Part shown: one piece after another, positions 8,853 through 18,897 of the stretch
Layout of the letters: each line of letters opens with the position of its first letter
Numbering within the stretch: the first letter of the stretch is position 1
Virus record (IMG/VR): IMGVR_UViG_2880329822_000001
Span: 1 to 64,000 of that record
Direction: 5' to 3' (one strand)
DNA: 64,000 nucleotides
Source of the DNA: a virus
Lineage: Duplodnaviria > Heunggongvirae > Uroviricota > Caudoviricetes
The notes under the pieces: generated by a model
What the model was told of the DNA's origin: nothing
Database searches by the model: none
Seen by the model: the letters and a program-made list of their open reading frames with translations, nothing else
Program-made: the position numbers and the translations under genes

Positions 8853-9890
8853 TTACAGAGCATTCAGTTCAGCAAGCAGATCATCTAGACCCTCATCAGC
8901 CGTTGCAGATGCGGCTGCAGTAGATGTTGAGGTACTTGCAGATGCGGCAGATTCTGTAGCTTTTGCTTCTTCCGGTTTAGTTTCCGGTTTGAATTCAGCT
9001 TCTGCTGCTCGCAGGATCTCTTCGTCGACTAGACTGGTTGATTCTGGTGCCGGTGTGTGTGTTGTAGCAACGGCAGTTGCACCTTCTGTATGACCAGTGA
9101 TAGTTCCAAAACCAGGCAGTGATGCGGCGCTTGCTGTGGCGCTTGGTGCAGGAGAGGATATTGCCAGAGAAGAAATAGTTGCGGCTGGAGCTGCGATACC
9201 GATCAGGCGCCCCATTGTACGAGCAGTGGATAACAGACGTGTTTCATCGGCCTGATTTGCATAAGCAATTAGATCGTGTTGGGTTGACCACAGCTTTTCA
9301 TCGATGTCGCCTTTGTATACTTTACGTTTTGGTGATACATCGTATTTTGTGTCTCGGCCGGAACCAGTGCGTTTAACCAGGAAAGCATAACCTTCTTCTT
9401 TGCTAAGCGGGTTGCCGATATCATCTGCGATATCTTCTGACATAACCTTGCATATATCATCAAAAACCGTTGCCGGAAGTTCAATTAGCTGGCATTTTTC
9501 AGCATCGGCAAAGTCTTCTCGTGCAGACAGTACGCCATTGACCAGATAACGTGGCGTAGCACGCATAGAATTGATGCGTTCCTCCATTGCTTTGTTTCCC
9601 TTGAAACGAGCGCGGCCTTCCATCACCATCTCACACAACTGACAAGCGTGACCGTGAGTGTGCTGTTCGCAGATATAGGCAGTGGTAACTTCTTTACCTT
9701 CTTCGTTCTGGTGTTTAACGTAGTGCATACCAAAAGTCTGGAAAAACACACCGTTCGGATCATCCTTGTTCGGGAAAATACGAAGATAGTTATTACCGTC
9801 TTTCATACGGGTCAGATCGATGTTATTGCCACGTTTAGCAGCAATATCACCACGAGTCTTATTAAGCAGATCGAGCAATGACTTAGACAT
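8853..9890 (-). CDS. ssDNA-binding protein, T4 gp32-like (putative)
   Basis: LRIFPNKDDPNG...C-x-H-x...C-x2-C pattern reminiscent of the gp32 zinc OB-fold; A/S/T-rich linker; acidic C-terminal tail DDLLAELNAL. Confidence 0.5.
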   Translation of the reverse strand: MSKSLLDLLNKTRGDIAAKRGNNIDLTRMKDGNNYLRIFPNKDDPNGVFFQTFGMHYVKHQNEEGKEVTTAYICEQHTHGHACQLCEMVMEGRARFKGNKAMEERINSMRATPRYLVNGVLSAREDFADAEKCQLIELPATVFDDICKVMSEDIADDIGNPLSKEEGYAFLVKRTGSGRDTKYDVSPKRKVYKGDIDEKLWSTQHDLIAYANQADETRLLSTARTMGRLIGIAAPAATISSLAISSPAPSATASAASLPGFGTITGHTEGATAVATTHTPAPESTSLVDEEILRAAEAEFKPETKPEEAKATESAASASTSTSTAAASATADEGLDDLLAELNAL

Positions 9891-10007
9891 GTGTTTCTCC
9901 TGTTGTGATTATGGCCATTGGCGCTGTGCGCGTTGGGCATTCGTTTGCTTCAGTCTCTTTCGAGCGCACAAATAATAGATCAGTACTTACTTATTTTCCA
10001 TGATAAT

Positions 10008-10439
10008 TTAACGGGTGGAGTGGAATCGTTCAGCGCCCAATCTCTCTATCTCCACAATTGTCATTTTTGATGCTTGAACTATCATATCGCGACGGTGAGA
10101 GAAGGCAGAAACAGCGTGCTTGTATAGATCTGCTATGTGCCTTGCCTCGTCAAGTTTCTGTCTCTTGGCGAGATACTGCGGATTAGTTTTTACCTTTGCG
10201 TCCAGAACGGATTCGTTAAACTTAATGCCGTTCATACTTAGATTTTTACGCTCATTATCATAAATTTTTGCCTCTATCGCGTCGAGTGATAGTTTGGCAT
10301 CGGCAACTTCACGCTCCGCTTGTGCCAGCTTAGAGCCGTACTCCATCAGAAGACGCGGCTGCTTACGCCATACCTCTTCAAGATTCTCACGGTCGAACTC
10401 CAGATCGGCCATAATTTTTTCGTAGATTTTGACGATCAT
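10008..10439 (-). CDS. Hypothetical coiled-coil protein (143 aa)
   Basis: ORF in the replication module. Confidence 0.5.
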   Translation of the reverse strand: MIVKIYEKIMADLEFDRENLEEVWRKQPRLLMEYGSKLAQAEREVADAKLSLDAIEAKIYDNERKNLSMNGIKFNESVLDAKVKTNPQYLAKRQKLDEARHIADLYKHAVSAFSHRRDMIVQASKMTIVEIERLGAERFHSTR

Positions 10440-10575
10440 TTGTTAGGTTCTCATTTATTTAATTGTATTAATTATACAATCAAGCAAAAATTCAGTCAGT
10501 AGACACCTTGATGTAAGGAAACATTCGCAGAACATGGAGCTATATTGCCCCTGTTCTGTACAAAAATGAGAGTTG

Positions 10576-13500
10576 CTAGATTGTTTTAAGCGTTTTAGCT
10601 ACGTCAGATAGTATTGCTTCCAGTCTTTCCCCTTCTTCTGGGCGGAAGTACAGAATATTTGGATTGAACCCATAGAAGACTGTTACATCAAGATCTGGTA
10701 AATACTCTTTTCGTCCAACCAAGTCGGATGGTTTGCTCTTGTTGTTGAACAACGACGTCGCTCGGCTGCCACACGTCAGCACATAGGTCGGACGAACCAG
10801 GTTGATCTCTTCGCGCATGAAGTCAGTGAACTGGCTTATCTCGTCTTTGGTATAGTCCTTTTCTTTGTCCTTCACCTTCTTGCACACGCCGGTGACGTAC
10901 AAATCGCCCATTCTTAGATCGCCTGCAGTAAGTAACTTCGCTTTGAAGTCGTCGTACCCGTTTTCCATGAAGTAACCGGTACGCCCATCATTGCCGTTCG
11001 CGTTGTCCAGAATGACCATGATTTTCGGTTTAATGCCGATGCTGGGACGGATAAGTTCATCGCCTAAACCCATTTCGGCCGCCATGCGCGTCATCAGTAC
11101 ATTCACCTCCGCAGATCGTTTAGGGGTCATCTCGAATGGACGAGAGGCTTTCACAGCGTCGATCACCAGGTTGCCCATCAGCTCCGCCTGGTCTCGCAGA
11201 CGATTGGGGTCTGTTGCTGGAAGACTCCCAGACTCGATGGATGCGAAAGCACCGACTTTTTGTAGTGAATCTCGCACGCGACTGTTGCACGCTCGCTTCT
11301 CTACAGCCTCCTCAAACTGTTCCACTGACTCAAACTTACCTCCGACTTTTTCACGTGCTCGCATGATGGCTTTGCAACCATTCTCGGAACAACCTTTAAC
11401 AGCAGAGAAGGGGGCATACAAAACTTGATTACCATCCTCTAATGTTCGGATCTCAATGCGATTAGAAGATACGTTAACATCTGGTGGTAAGACGCGGATG
11501 CCATAGGTGAGCGCATCCTTTACCAGCCCCTGGTGTTTGTCCTCGCCAAGAATAGTGAGCGCAGCAGCAAAGAACTCAGCCGGGAAATGTGTTTTCAGCC
11601 ACATGGATTGATAACTGATCAGCGAATAGGCCACAGAATGTGATTTGTTGAACTGGTAAGCACCGTTCTTCTCGAATGCCTCCCAAATTTCTTTCGCTTT
11701 CATTTCTGACAAACCAGCGTGTGAGTCTGTCACGCGCACAATTGCCATAGGTAACTTTGCGCCTTTCTCAAGAGCCTCTTCCACTGTTAGCAGTGTTCCG
11801 TCTTCACATTTGAAATGTTCGGCTCGATGAACGCGCTGCGTTGTGCCGTCTGCCAGCTCAACATCAATCCATCCAGCTTGGGCCTGGGCGATAAATCTTT
11901 CACCCATGCTTTTCATTTTCTCCATATCTTTCTTACCGATCGCCTTACGTACCCCATCTGCCTCAGCCATTGTGAAGCCGGCCAGCAAACGAGTCGCGCT
12001 CATGGTTTGCTCCTGATAGAGAATGACGCCATTTGTTTCGGCGGTTAGCTCGTCCAGTACTGGGTGCAGTGATTGCGGAGTCATGAAGCCTTTGGCAACT
12101 GCGACGTAATCATCCAACATGCCTGACTGAATCGGGCCAGGTCGAAATAGTGCAGTCGTAGCGACAACGGTTTTAAAGCTCATCGGCTCAATGCCACCGC
12201 CCAGATCTTTAAGCAGCTTGCGCATGGGGCCGGACTCCAACTGGAATACGCCCTGCGTGTACCCTGCAGCAAACCCATCCAGAACCTTGCGATCGTCCAG
12301 TGGGATAGCATCGAGATTGATGTCTTCCCCTGTACTCTCTTTGATGTAGCGTTTCGCGCTATCCAGCAGATCGAGCGTTGCCAGACCGAGAACGTCCAGC
12401 TTAATTAGCCCCATCGCCTCACAGTAACGTTTATCGAACGCAATACAGCGAGCATTGCCACGCAGCTCGACGGGCGTGCGTTCTACCAGAGGAACACCAG
12501 CGACGATCATCCCCGCAGCGTGACGACCAAAACCACGCATCAGATTTTGAAGTTTGCATGCGGCTTTGAAAGCATCCGGGTTTTTGGTGGCGTATTTATC
12601 CAGGCTGGCCAGTTGTTCACGCAGTTCTTCAAGAGACAGGCTGTCGTCTTCCAGATTTTTAAACTCTTTAGAAACGGCCATGTCCGCGGCGTCTACACCG
12701 AAAATGCGAGCGGTGTCGCGCAAAGCAGAGGCGGCGCCAAGATAGGTAAAGTTAGGAATGCCGGCGACATATTCTTCGCCATAGCGTTCATTCAGATACT
12801 CGATCACCTCATGGCGACGCGCCTGGCTGAAGTCCAGATCCGCATCCGGAAGGTCAAGACGTTCTGGGTTAATGAAACGCTCAAACAGCAGACCGTGGCG
12901 AATAGGGTCTACGTTTGTGATGCCAATGCACCACGCCACCAGAGAACCAGCAGAAGAACCACGCCCAGGTCCAACGGGAATACCAGCTTCACGACTGTGA
13001 TTCATCAGATCGCGAACCATCAGGAAGTAACCACAAAAGCCCAAGCGAGTAAGTGTATTCATTTCGTATTTCAGACGATCAACATATACCCGATGTTGGG
13101 AAGCCGGTGGCGTATAGCCAAACTCTTTTGTGGTAAGACGTTTGCGCAATCCCTCTATGGCCAGCTTCATCAGCGTTGCAGGCTCGTCGTCTGCCATCTT
13201 GGGCAGTGCTGGTGGCAATTCATGCCAGCGCCAGGTGCAGGCTTCAATAATGGTGTCCTGCGTTGTTGAGGCCATTGCAGCTGTTACCGATACATCCATG
13301 CGAACGGAGAAGGCTTTTAATGCTTCGAGGAGATGACGACGCCCATTAACAGCGTTGTCACGCTGGTGGGGGATACGCAGACGATGCGGCTGGTCAATTT
13401 TGATGTTATTCGTCACCATGTGCGCAATGTCTTTGATATCCGCGTCGTCGACTTCTTCGTAATATGCGGGGTAGAACGCAACAGGCTCAATTTTCAGCGC

Positions 13501-14097
13501 TCTAGCTACTTTCATCGCCCGAACGTTTATCTGGTCGTAGAATGGAGTTGGGTGAGGGTAAACCACGTTGTAGAAGTTTTCGCGCCCACCAGCAGTGATC
13601 AATGTGCTGATAATATTAGCGAAATCCCTACGTTGAAATACGCTTCCAATGTCGGAAGTGAGCAGAATAATGTTACCTTTAGCATATGTGGTCGCCAGCT
13701 GATCGAGTGAGAGTCTTGGCACAAAGTAAAATTGTTCTCGTTTGTTTGCGATTGTCATCAATTCGCAGATGTCACGATAGCCATTCTCATTCTTTATTAG
13801 AGCCGTAAAGCTATAATTCCGCTCACGCACTAATGATTCCATACATCCTGAAGACTCTTTTGCAAGTCTGGCACGGTGCTCATACGTTGGATCGTCAACA
13901 ATATTTAGCTTTACACCACAAATAACCGCTATGTCGTCACCAGCTGCGCGTTGTAGAGGTATCACGCTGGCAATATTCATGCTGTCAGCGGAAATTACAG
14001 CAGTGTAACCAGCGTCTCTTGCAATCTTTACCGCGTTTTCTGCTTTTAGAGCCGATTCTCCAAGAGAAAAGTCAGTTCTGACCATCAGAGCCTTCAT
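10576..14097 (-). CDS. dnaE: DNA polymerase III alpha subunit (DnaE), full length with N-terminal PHP domain
   Basis: 1173 aa; PHP start MKALMVRTDFSLGES; polymerase core motifs. Confidence 0.9.
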   Translation of the reverse strand: MKALMVRTDFSLGESALKAENAVKIARDAGYTAVISADSMNIASVIPLQRAAGDDIAVICGVKLNIVDDPTYEHRARLAKESSGCMESLVRERNYSFTALIKNENGYRDICELMTIANKREQFYFVPRLSLDQLATTYAKGNIILLTSDIGSVFQRRDFANIISTLITAGGRENFYNVVYPHPTPFYDQINVRAMKVARALKIEPVAFYPAYYEEVDDADIKDIAHMVTNNIKIDQPHRLRIPHQRDNAVNGRRHLLEALKAFSVRMDVSVTAAMASTTQDTIIEACTWRWHELPPALPKMADDEPATLMKLAIEGLRKRLTTKEFGYTPPASQHRVYVDRLKYEMNTLTRLGFCGYFLMVRDLMNHSREAGIPVGPGRGSSAGSLVAWCIGITNVDPIRHGLLFERFINPERLDLPDADLDFSQARRHEVIEYLNERYGEEYVAGIPNFTYLGAASALRDTARIFGVDAADMAVSKEFKNLEDDSLSLEELREQLASLDKYATKNPDAFKAACKLQNLMRGFGRHAAGMIVAGVPLVERTPVELRGNARCIAFDKRYCEAMGLIKLDVLGLATLDLLDSAKRYIKESTGEDINLDAIPLDDRKVLDGFAAGYTQGVFQLESGPMRKLLKDLGGGIEPMSFKTVVATTALFRPGPIQSGMLDDYVAVAKGFMTPQSLHPVLDELTAETNGVILYQEQTMSATRLLAGFTMAEADGVRKAIGKKDMEKMKSMGERFIAQAQAGWIDVELADGTTQRVHRAEHFKCEDGTLLTVEEALEKGAKLPMAIVRVTDSHAGLSEMKAKEIWEAFEKNGAYQFNKSHSVAYSLISYQSMWLKTHFPAEFFAAALTILGEDKHQGLVKDALTYGIRVLPPDVNVSSNRIEIRTLEDGNQVLYAPFSAVKGCSENGCKAIMRAREKVGGKFESVEQFEEAVEKRACNSRVRDSLQKVGAFASIESGSLPATDPNRLRDQAELMGNLVIDAVKASRPFEMTPKRSAEVNVLMTRMAAEMGLGDELIRPSIGIKPKIMVILDNANGNDGRTGYFMENGYDDFKAKLLTAGDLRMGDLYVTGVCKKVKDKEKDYTKDEISQFTDFMREEINLVRPTYVLTCGSRATSLFNNKSKPSDLVGRKEYLPDLDVTVFYGFNPNILYFRPEEGERLEAILSDVAKTLKTI

Positions 14098-14275
14098 GTG
14101 TTTTTACCTTTCTGTTTTTCTTAATGTTGTCACTGGGGAAGCCAACGAACTTCCCGTACATCGAAATCGCAGCTTCTTTAGCTGATTGATGACATGCGGA
14201 TTTGTCTGGACATACCAGACAAATCCGGCTCGTTTCAGATGCTGCGATAAGAGAGCTGAAACATCCTTTACGCAT
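14072..14275 (-). CDS. Small Cys-rich protein (67 aa), possible zinc-ribbon; overlaps dnaE start
   Basis: ATG 2 nt after the stop of the upstream AAA+ gene; 5 Cys; may be spurious. Confidence 0.3.
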   Translation of the reverse strand: MRKGCFSSLIAASETSRICLVCPDKSACHQSAKEAAISMYGKFVGFPSDNIKKNRKVKTHEGSDGQN

Positions 14276-14277
14276 GA

Positions 14278-15510
14278 TTAACCGAATATTTTCTGCACCA
14301 CTTCACGAGCAGCTTGCGCGGAAGTAGAGGGGAGTTTATTAATAAATGACTTATCGATGCCGGCAGCGAAATCACCGCGCATCATTCCAATTTTTGCTGA
14401 CAGCAATAACTCACGAGGGCCTATTGGCTGACTGATAAGATGTTGCTCGTAGCCGTCACGGACAAGATTGGCAAATTTGACCATCTTTTCTGCATATTCA
14501 CGGATTATTCCGGCCTCAACCAACATGTTGGTCTCAGCTTTTGTACTCATATATTTCACATGGGACACGATGCCGAATCGTGAGAAGTTCGCTGCGTTCT
14601 GGATGTTTGTACCCTGATAAAGACCAGTTTCATCGCCAGATCCGTTTGTATTACCGGTGCCAATAAAGGCGAAACGCTTGTGTGGTTCAATGCGGCGCCA
14701 GTCAGGTGTGGCTTCTTTGATAATTAGTGGTTCGCCTTCAAGTACTGGCTGATAAACGCCAAGAATTTGCGGGAATGCAAAGTCATATTCGTCAGCCAGA
14801 TATACCCAGCCATTCTTCATTGCTAACGCCAGCAAACCAGGCTCGAAGTATGTAGAGCCGTCTCTAGCCAGAATCTGCCCGGTAACGTGCGCTTCTTCCA
14901 TTGATGCCGTATGTTGTGCACGAATCAAGGGGCGGTTCAGAAGTGCGCATAGTTGAGTTGGAAGTGACGATTTTCCTGTTCCAGCATGTCCCCACAAATA
15001 CCCAGGTATGCCTAGTTCCAGCATCATGAAAATGTCTTTAATTAGATCAAAATCACCATATACATAACCTTTCTTCGCTTCTGGCACGAACTCAGGATAT
15101 GGAGCGTTAACGTTCACTGTTACTTGCAACGGTTTTCCTCGCTGTGTCCCCAGCTCTTTTACTGTTACGTTAAGTAGTTCATGGGCGGCAACGAGTTCCG
15201 TTTTGTATTCAACAGTGCCTGCGTACCCTGGATGAGAACTGATATCAGCAACCTTTCTCTCACATGGTGTTTTTTCTGCTCGTTTTTCTTTCAACTTCTC
15301 CATCGCCACGCTTGAGAGAGTCGGTTCATCCGGGAATTGCGACGTATACATTTTCACGACTTCATCGGCGTCAAGACGCTTCGCTTCTTCTGGGATGTTT
15401 TCGCAACGTCCCATAGAAATGTGGGTTTTAAGGTGATGGAATGGTTTGCCACACCACTTACAGATTACGATTTCAGGTAATTTATCTTGCTGTAGTGCAG
15501 TAGCGGTCAT
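14278..15510 (-). CDS. AAA+ ATPase, MoxR/CobS-like, with N-terminal zinc ribbon
   Basis: Walker A GHAGTGKSS, Walker B VYLADEYDF; CxxC...H...C at N-terminus. Confidence 0.75.
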   Translation of the reverse strand: MTATALQQDKLPEIVICKWCGKPFHHLKTHISMGRCENIPEEAKRLDADEVVKMYTSQFPDEPTLSSVAMEKLKEKRAEKTPCERKVADISSHPGYAGTVEYKTELVAAHELLNVTVKELGTQRGKPLQVTVNVNAPYPEFVPEAKKGYVYGDFDLIKDIFMMLELGIPGYLWGHAGTGKSSLPTQLCALLNRPLIRAQHTASMEEAHVTGQILARDGSTYFEPGLLALAMKNGWVYLADEYDFAFPQILGVYQPVLEGEPLIIKEATPDWRRIEPHKRFAFIGTGNTNGSGDETGLYQGTNIQNAANFSRFGIVSHVKYMSTKAETNMLVEAGIIREYAEKMVKFANLVRDGYEQHLISQPIGPRELLLSAKIGMMRGDFAAGIDKSFINKLPSTSAQAAREVVQKIFG

Positions 15511-15605
15511 GTGTTTTCCTTACTGTTTGTCGTTTGTGGGGTATATCTTATATAAATATATTATGTTGTATAGTAAGTGATTACTTATTTTTAGGGTTGT
15601 GAAAA

Positions 15606-17930
15606 TTAACCAAGAATGATACGAGATAGTTCTGTTACCACTGATGACCCCAATTGCTCCACGCTTTTCACGAGAGCATAGTTTTTGTAAAAAAACTTTG
15701 GCGCATCAGTTAGTATGCCTATAGCCATAAGATCGATATCGCTAACTGTCTCGATTTCTTTAGTTATGGTCTTCAAATGCTCCTTAAACCCTTTTCCGGT
15801 CGCACATGGTTCACCGTCACTCAATACCAGCATGATCTTCCGATCTTCCATCCTGCCTGAGAATAAAGACGCCAATTGCACTATACTCTCTCCATCAACG
15901 TTGTTGAGAAGAGGGAACGTAGTACCAACGCACCCCATTCGAGCGCGAATTTCTGGCGAGTTCGCCTTTTCGTTCCAGTTTTTGATAATAGGCAACATCA
16001 ATGCTTCGAAGCGTGAAAACCCACTTTTGCTCCTGACGATAAGGTCAGGATTCCCGAATGTGGTAAAGCCGGTAATGATGTTAGGCACATTGATGCGATC
16101 AAGCGCATCAGCAATGGTGTAGGCGCTAGCAAGTGCTAATAGTATTTTTTTACCATTCATTGAACCGGACAAGTCAATCACCTGCTGAACGCAAGCGTTA
16201 ACAGCCTTGTGGTCTTCCTTCCTGCGAAATACACGTTCATCCTTCATTGATAAGCGATACAAACTTGAACCGTGTATTCGACCACGACGTTGGCCAGGGA
16301 TAAACTGCACGCGATTGCGACTGGCAATCGCTCGCTCCAGGTCTTTGGCAAGAGTAGAAGAAACGCCAGAAGATAGATAACGCTCAATCTTTCTCTCAAA
16401 CAACTTACTACCTTCAGGGACAATACGATAACGATCGATTGGGTAGTGAAGAGATATAGCGCCGAACACTTTTATGGTACGTTTTATGTGCTCTTCTGCC
16501 TCATCTATAGGGCCTATAAAATCGTATGAACGATCGTATGGCCGATAGTCTGAAAGAGATGTGCTCGTTAGTTCTTTACTAATAGTTGCCGATAGAGCGT
16601 CTTCAGCCATCTCACCCACCGCGTCCTCCATCTCATCCAGTGCCTTGAGAGCGTCTTCTAACGTCATGTCGTCTGGAGTTGGCACCAAACCAGAGTCACC
16701 TTCTTGAGTAGTTTCTGTGTCTTCTTTTTTTTCACCACCTTCACCAAATTTATCGTCTACTTCCTCATCGCGTTTTTCAGACTCACCAGCAGCTCCATCT
16801 GTTGTGCTATCACTGTCTTCATCAGTGCCATAGCCGTCTGAAATATCTGCGTCGTCATGAATGCTATCCGCATGAGCCGACAGACCGTCTTCGTCATGTC
16901 CAGCCCTATCATTTGACCCATCTTCTCCCGCTTCTGAAACATCATTATCTGTATCACTTATATCTTTATCGTCTGTAGGTAAGTCCTTATCTACTGTTTT
17001 GGGTAATTCTGACTCCCCAGAATCGTCAGTTTCTGGCTCTTTTTCATGGCCATCATCTTTTCGACCTTCTTTCACCTTCTTATGATCCGCAGTCTCTCTA
17101 TCATCTTTATCTTTCACCAGTTCTGTCGAGGCTTTGTCGTGCTTGTGTTCATCAGATGGTTCAGAGGTTTCTTCCGCCTCTTTTTCGCGTTTTGACGGTT
17201 TTTTCACTGAGGATTTAAGCTCCGGCAATTCACCTTCTGGGTTCTTTTTCATGTCTTTCATTACTGTGGCTATTGCGGCGGCCACTTTGACACAGTCCTC
17301 AGTACTGGACATGTTGCGAACGGCAACATCTATCTCATGCTCTTTCAATAAGGCTATAGGTTTTGAGATCAGATGCCAGTGCTCTTCCATAAATTCAATA
17401 AACGGGGCTTGCCCATCCCATGCTCGAACAACGGGGCATAGGAAAAATTTAAGAAACAGCTCTCGCTGATTACCATGACATATCGAGACGGCTTCTGACA
17501 CTTTGGTTTTGAAGTACTTATCGATGATAAGATTTTGTGTGGCTAGTAAATTTCGACGTGTTCCATTAAAAACCTGTCCCATTTTTCGCTCAATGAAGAC
17601 ATCTTCCAGCGCGTTCCACAGACCTGTAGATGGTGCGTTGTCTCTTTTACGCATCTTTATGGCCACAATGGTGTCTGTAAACAGTATATGGGCCACTTCA
17701 TGATCAAGAAAACCTCGTACTGCATTCATTAGTGTTGGTGTTGCATCGTCTGGGATGGATGGAATGTTAACCAGCACAGGTTCTCCGCGCTTGTTGTAAC
17801 GTACAAAAGCGTCATTGCCTCGTTCTGCTACTGGTATCTTCTTGCCAGATAACATTGCCACTACACGTTTTACACAGTCGCGAAAGTCCTGCACTTCTTT
17901 CAATACAGTTTTAGTCGGAGCTTTAGGCAT
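15606..17930 (-). CDS. CobT-like protein with C-terminal von Willebrand A domain and a long acidic low-complexity centre
   Basis: MIDAS DLSGSMNG, later LVLSDGEPCATG; D/E-rich region about 16650-17250; AGAAAACAAATT leader motif upstream. Confidence 0.7.
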   Translation of the reverse strand: MPKAPTKTVLKEVQDFRDCVKRVVAMLSGKKIPVAERGNDAFVRYNKRGEPVLVNIPSIPDDATPTLMNAVRGFLDHEVAHILFTDTIVAIKMRKRDNAPSTGLWNALEDVFIERKMGQVFNGTRRNLLATQNLIIDKYFKTKVSEAVSICHGNQRELFLKFFLCPVVRAWDGQAPFIEFMEEHWHLISKPIALLKEHEIDVAVRNMSSTEDCVKVAAAIATVMKDMKKNPEGELPELKSSVKKPSKREKEAEETSEPSDEHKHDKASTELVKDKDDRETADHKKVKEGRKDDGHEKEPETDDSGESELPKTVDKDLPTDDKDISDTDNDVSEAGEDGSNDRAGHDEDGLSAHADSIHDDADISDGYGTDEDSDSTTDGAAGESEKRDEEVDDKFGEGGEKKEDTETTQEGDSGLVPTPDDMTLEDALKALDEMEDAVGEMAEDALSATISKELTSTSLSDYRPYDRSYDFIGPIDEAEEHIKRTIKVFGAISLHYPIDRYRIVPEGSKLFERKIERYLSSGVSSTLAKDLERAIASRNRVQFIPGQRRGRIHGSSLYRLSMKDERVFRRKEDHKAVNACVQQVIDLSGSMNGKKILLALASAYTIADALDRINVPNIITGFTTFGNPDLIVRSKSGFSRFEALMLPIIKNWNEKANSPEIRARMGCVGTTFPLLNNVDGESIVQLASLFSGRMEDRKIMLVLSDGEPCATGKGFKEHLKTITKEIETVSDIDLMAIGILTDAPKFFYKNYALVKSVEQLGSSVVTELSRIILG

Positions 17931-18035
17931 AAGAATTTCCTTGTTGCTAAAACAATTTGTTTTCTAATGTGGGTAATTTAGCGCTGTACGAACAGTCATC
18001 AAAACTGTTCGTACAGGTTGCAGAGGGGAGACAGG

Positions 18036-18248
18036 TTAGTTAGTTCTAACTGCTATGGAGCCGCAGCCGGTGTTAATCAAAGTGAAGCGTTTATTGCAAT
18101 ATTCAAATTTGAATGCAGTTGCATCGTTCATGTCCAGAGGTAGCTCAACAGCTGGCAACTCGGTAAGAATTGTCGCGGCACTTTCCTCTTTTAGCGCATA
18201 AGCTGTTCCAACCTCAAGGGCGGTCAAATCAGAAGTAATATTTTTCAT
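18036..18248 (-). CDS. Hypothetical 70-aa protein divergent from the XRE regulator
   Basis: ORF; start/RBS weak. Confidence 0.35.
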   Translation of the reverse strand: MKNITSDLTALEVGTAYALKEESAATILTELPAVELPLDMNDATAFKFEYCNKRFTLINTGCGSIAVRTN

Positions 18249-18510
18249 TTCATATCATCCAACTGAACACGTTTTAATTTCATCAAATACTACTACCTAT
18301 TGTATCAAAACTAAATATATCTATATCAGATATATCTCACTTTTCTCCTCTATGACCAAGCAATATAAGTGACTCAGATCGTGTTATACTGCCGCTTGGC
18401 AAGTGCTTTGATGCCTTCTAAAATAGATAGATAAGTCTTTACAACCCTAGCCTTTACTGTAATATCGGTAAGCACTTACCAGAGATAAACAAAACACGCA
18501 AGGTTTAACT

Positions 18511-18897
18511 ATGGCTACCAAAGAAATAGAAAATAAATCAGGTCGATACGCTGCATACATCGATTCACTAATTACGATTTCTTCTAAAAATCAGGCAACT
18601 ATTGCCAGTGAAATAGGTTATAAAAACCCTAATAACCTTTCGCTTATCAAGAGTGGCAAAATCCCTTTACCGATTGATAAGGTTCGCCCACTGGCAAATG
18701 CTCTTGGGGCCGACCCTGTTCGTCTGATGTTGATGGTGCTTGAAGAGCGCCACCCAGAACTCCTGGAGTTCTTTAGAGAAGAAGGTACAGCGCCTCTTTC
18801 TCCGGACGAAAAGAAAGTTTTAGAAGCGTTTCGCCAGCGTTTTGATGGTCAGCATGGCGCTTCTGAAAAGGCCGTTGAAGCCATCAAGTCACTGTGA
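18511..18897 (+). CDS. XRE-family helix-turn-helix transcriptional regulator (candidate immunity repressor)
   Basis: HTH QATIASEIGYKNPNNLSLIKSGKIP; GGTAAGCACTTACC palindrome 32 nt upstream; 3' end overlaps the recombinase gene end. Confidence 0.65.
   Translation: MATKEIENKSGRYAAYIDSLITISSKNQATIASEIGYKNPNNLSLIKSGKIPLPIDKVRPLANALGADPVRLMLMVLEERHPELLEFFREEGTAPLSPDEKKVLEAFRQRFDGQHGASEKAVEAIKSL

Noticed and set aside
12520-13269. 249-aa plus-strand ORF inside dnaE, and similar antisense ORFs at 10991-11428, 13333-13710, 49768-50373, 48497-49024, 42032-42478, 42548-42988, 39835-40290 and 38857-39612
   Set aside because: They are shadow ORFs antisense to long, well-supported genes (DnaE, tape measure, J, tail fibre). 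Most arise from low-complexity or repeat regions, and none has an RBS or independent support.
14278-17930. Literal 'cobalamin biosynthesis CobS/CobT' function
   Set aside because: No other cobalamin genes are present. The pair is better described generically as an AAA+/VWA module of unknown phage function.
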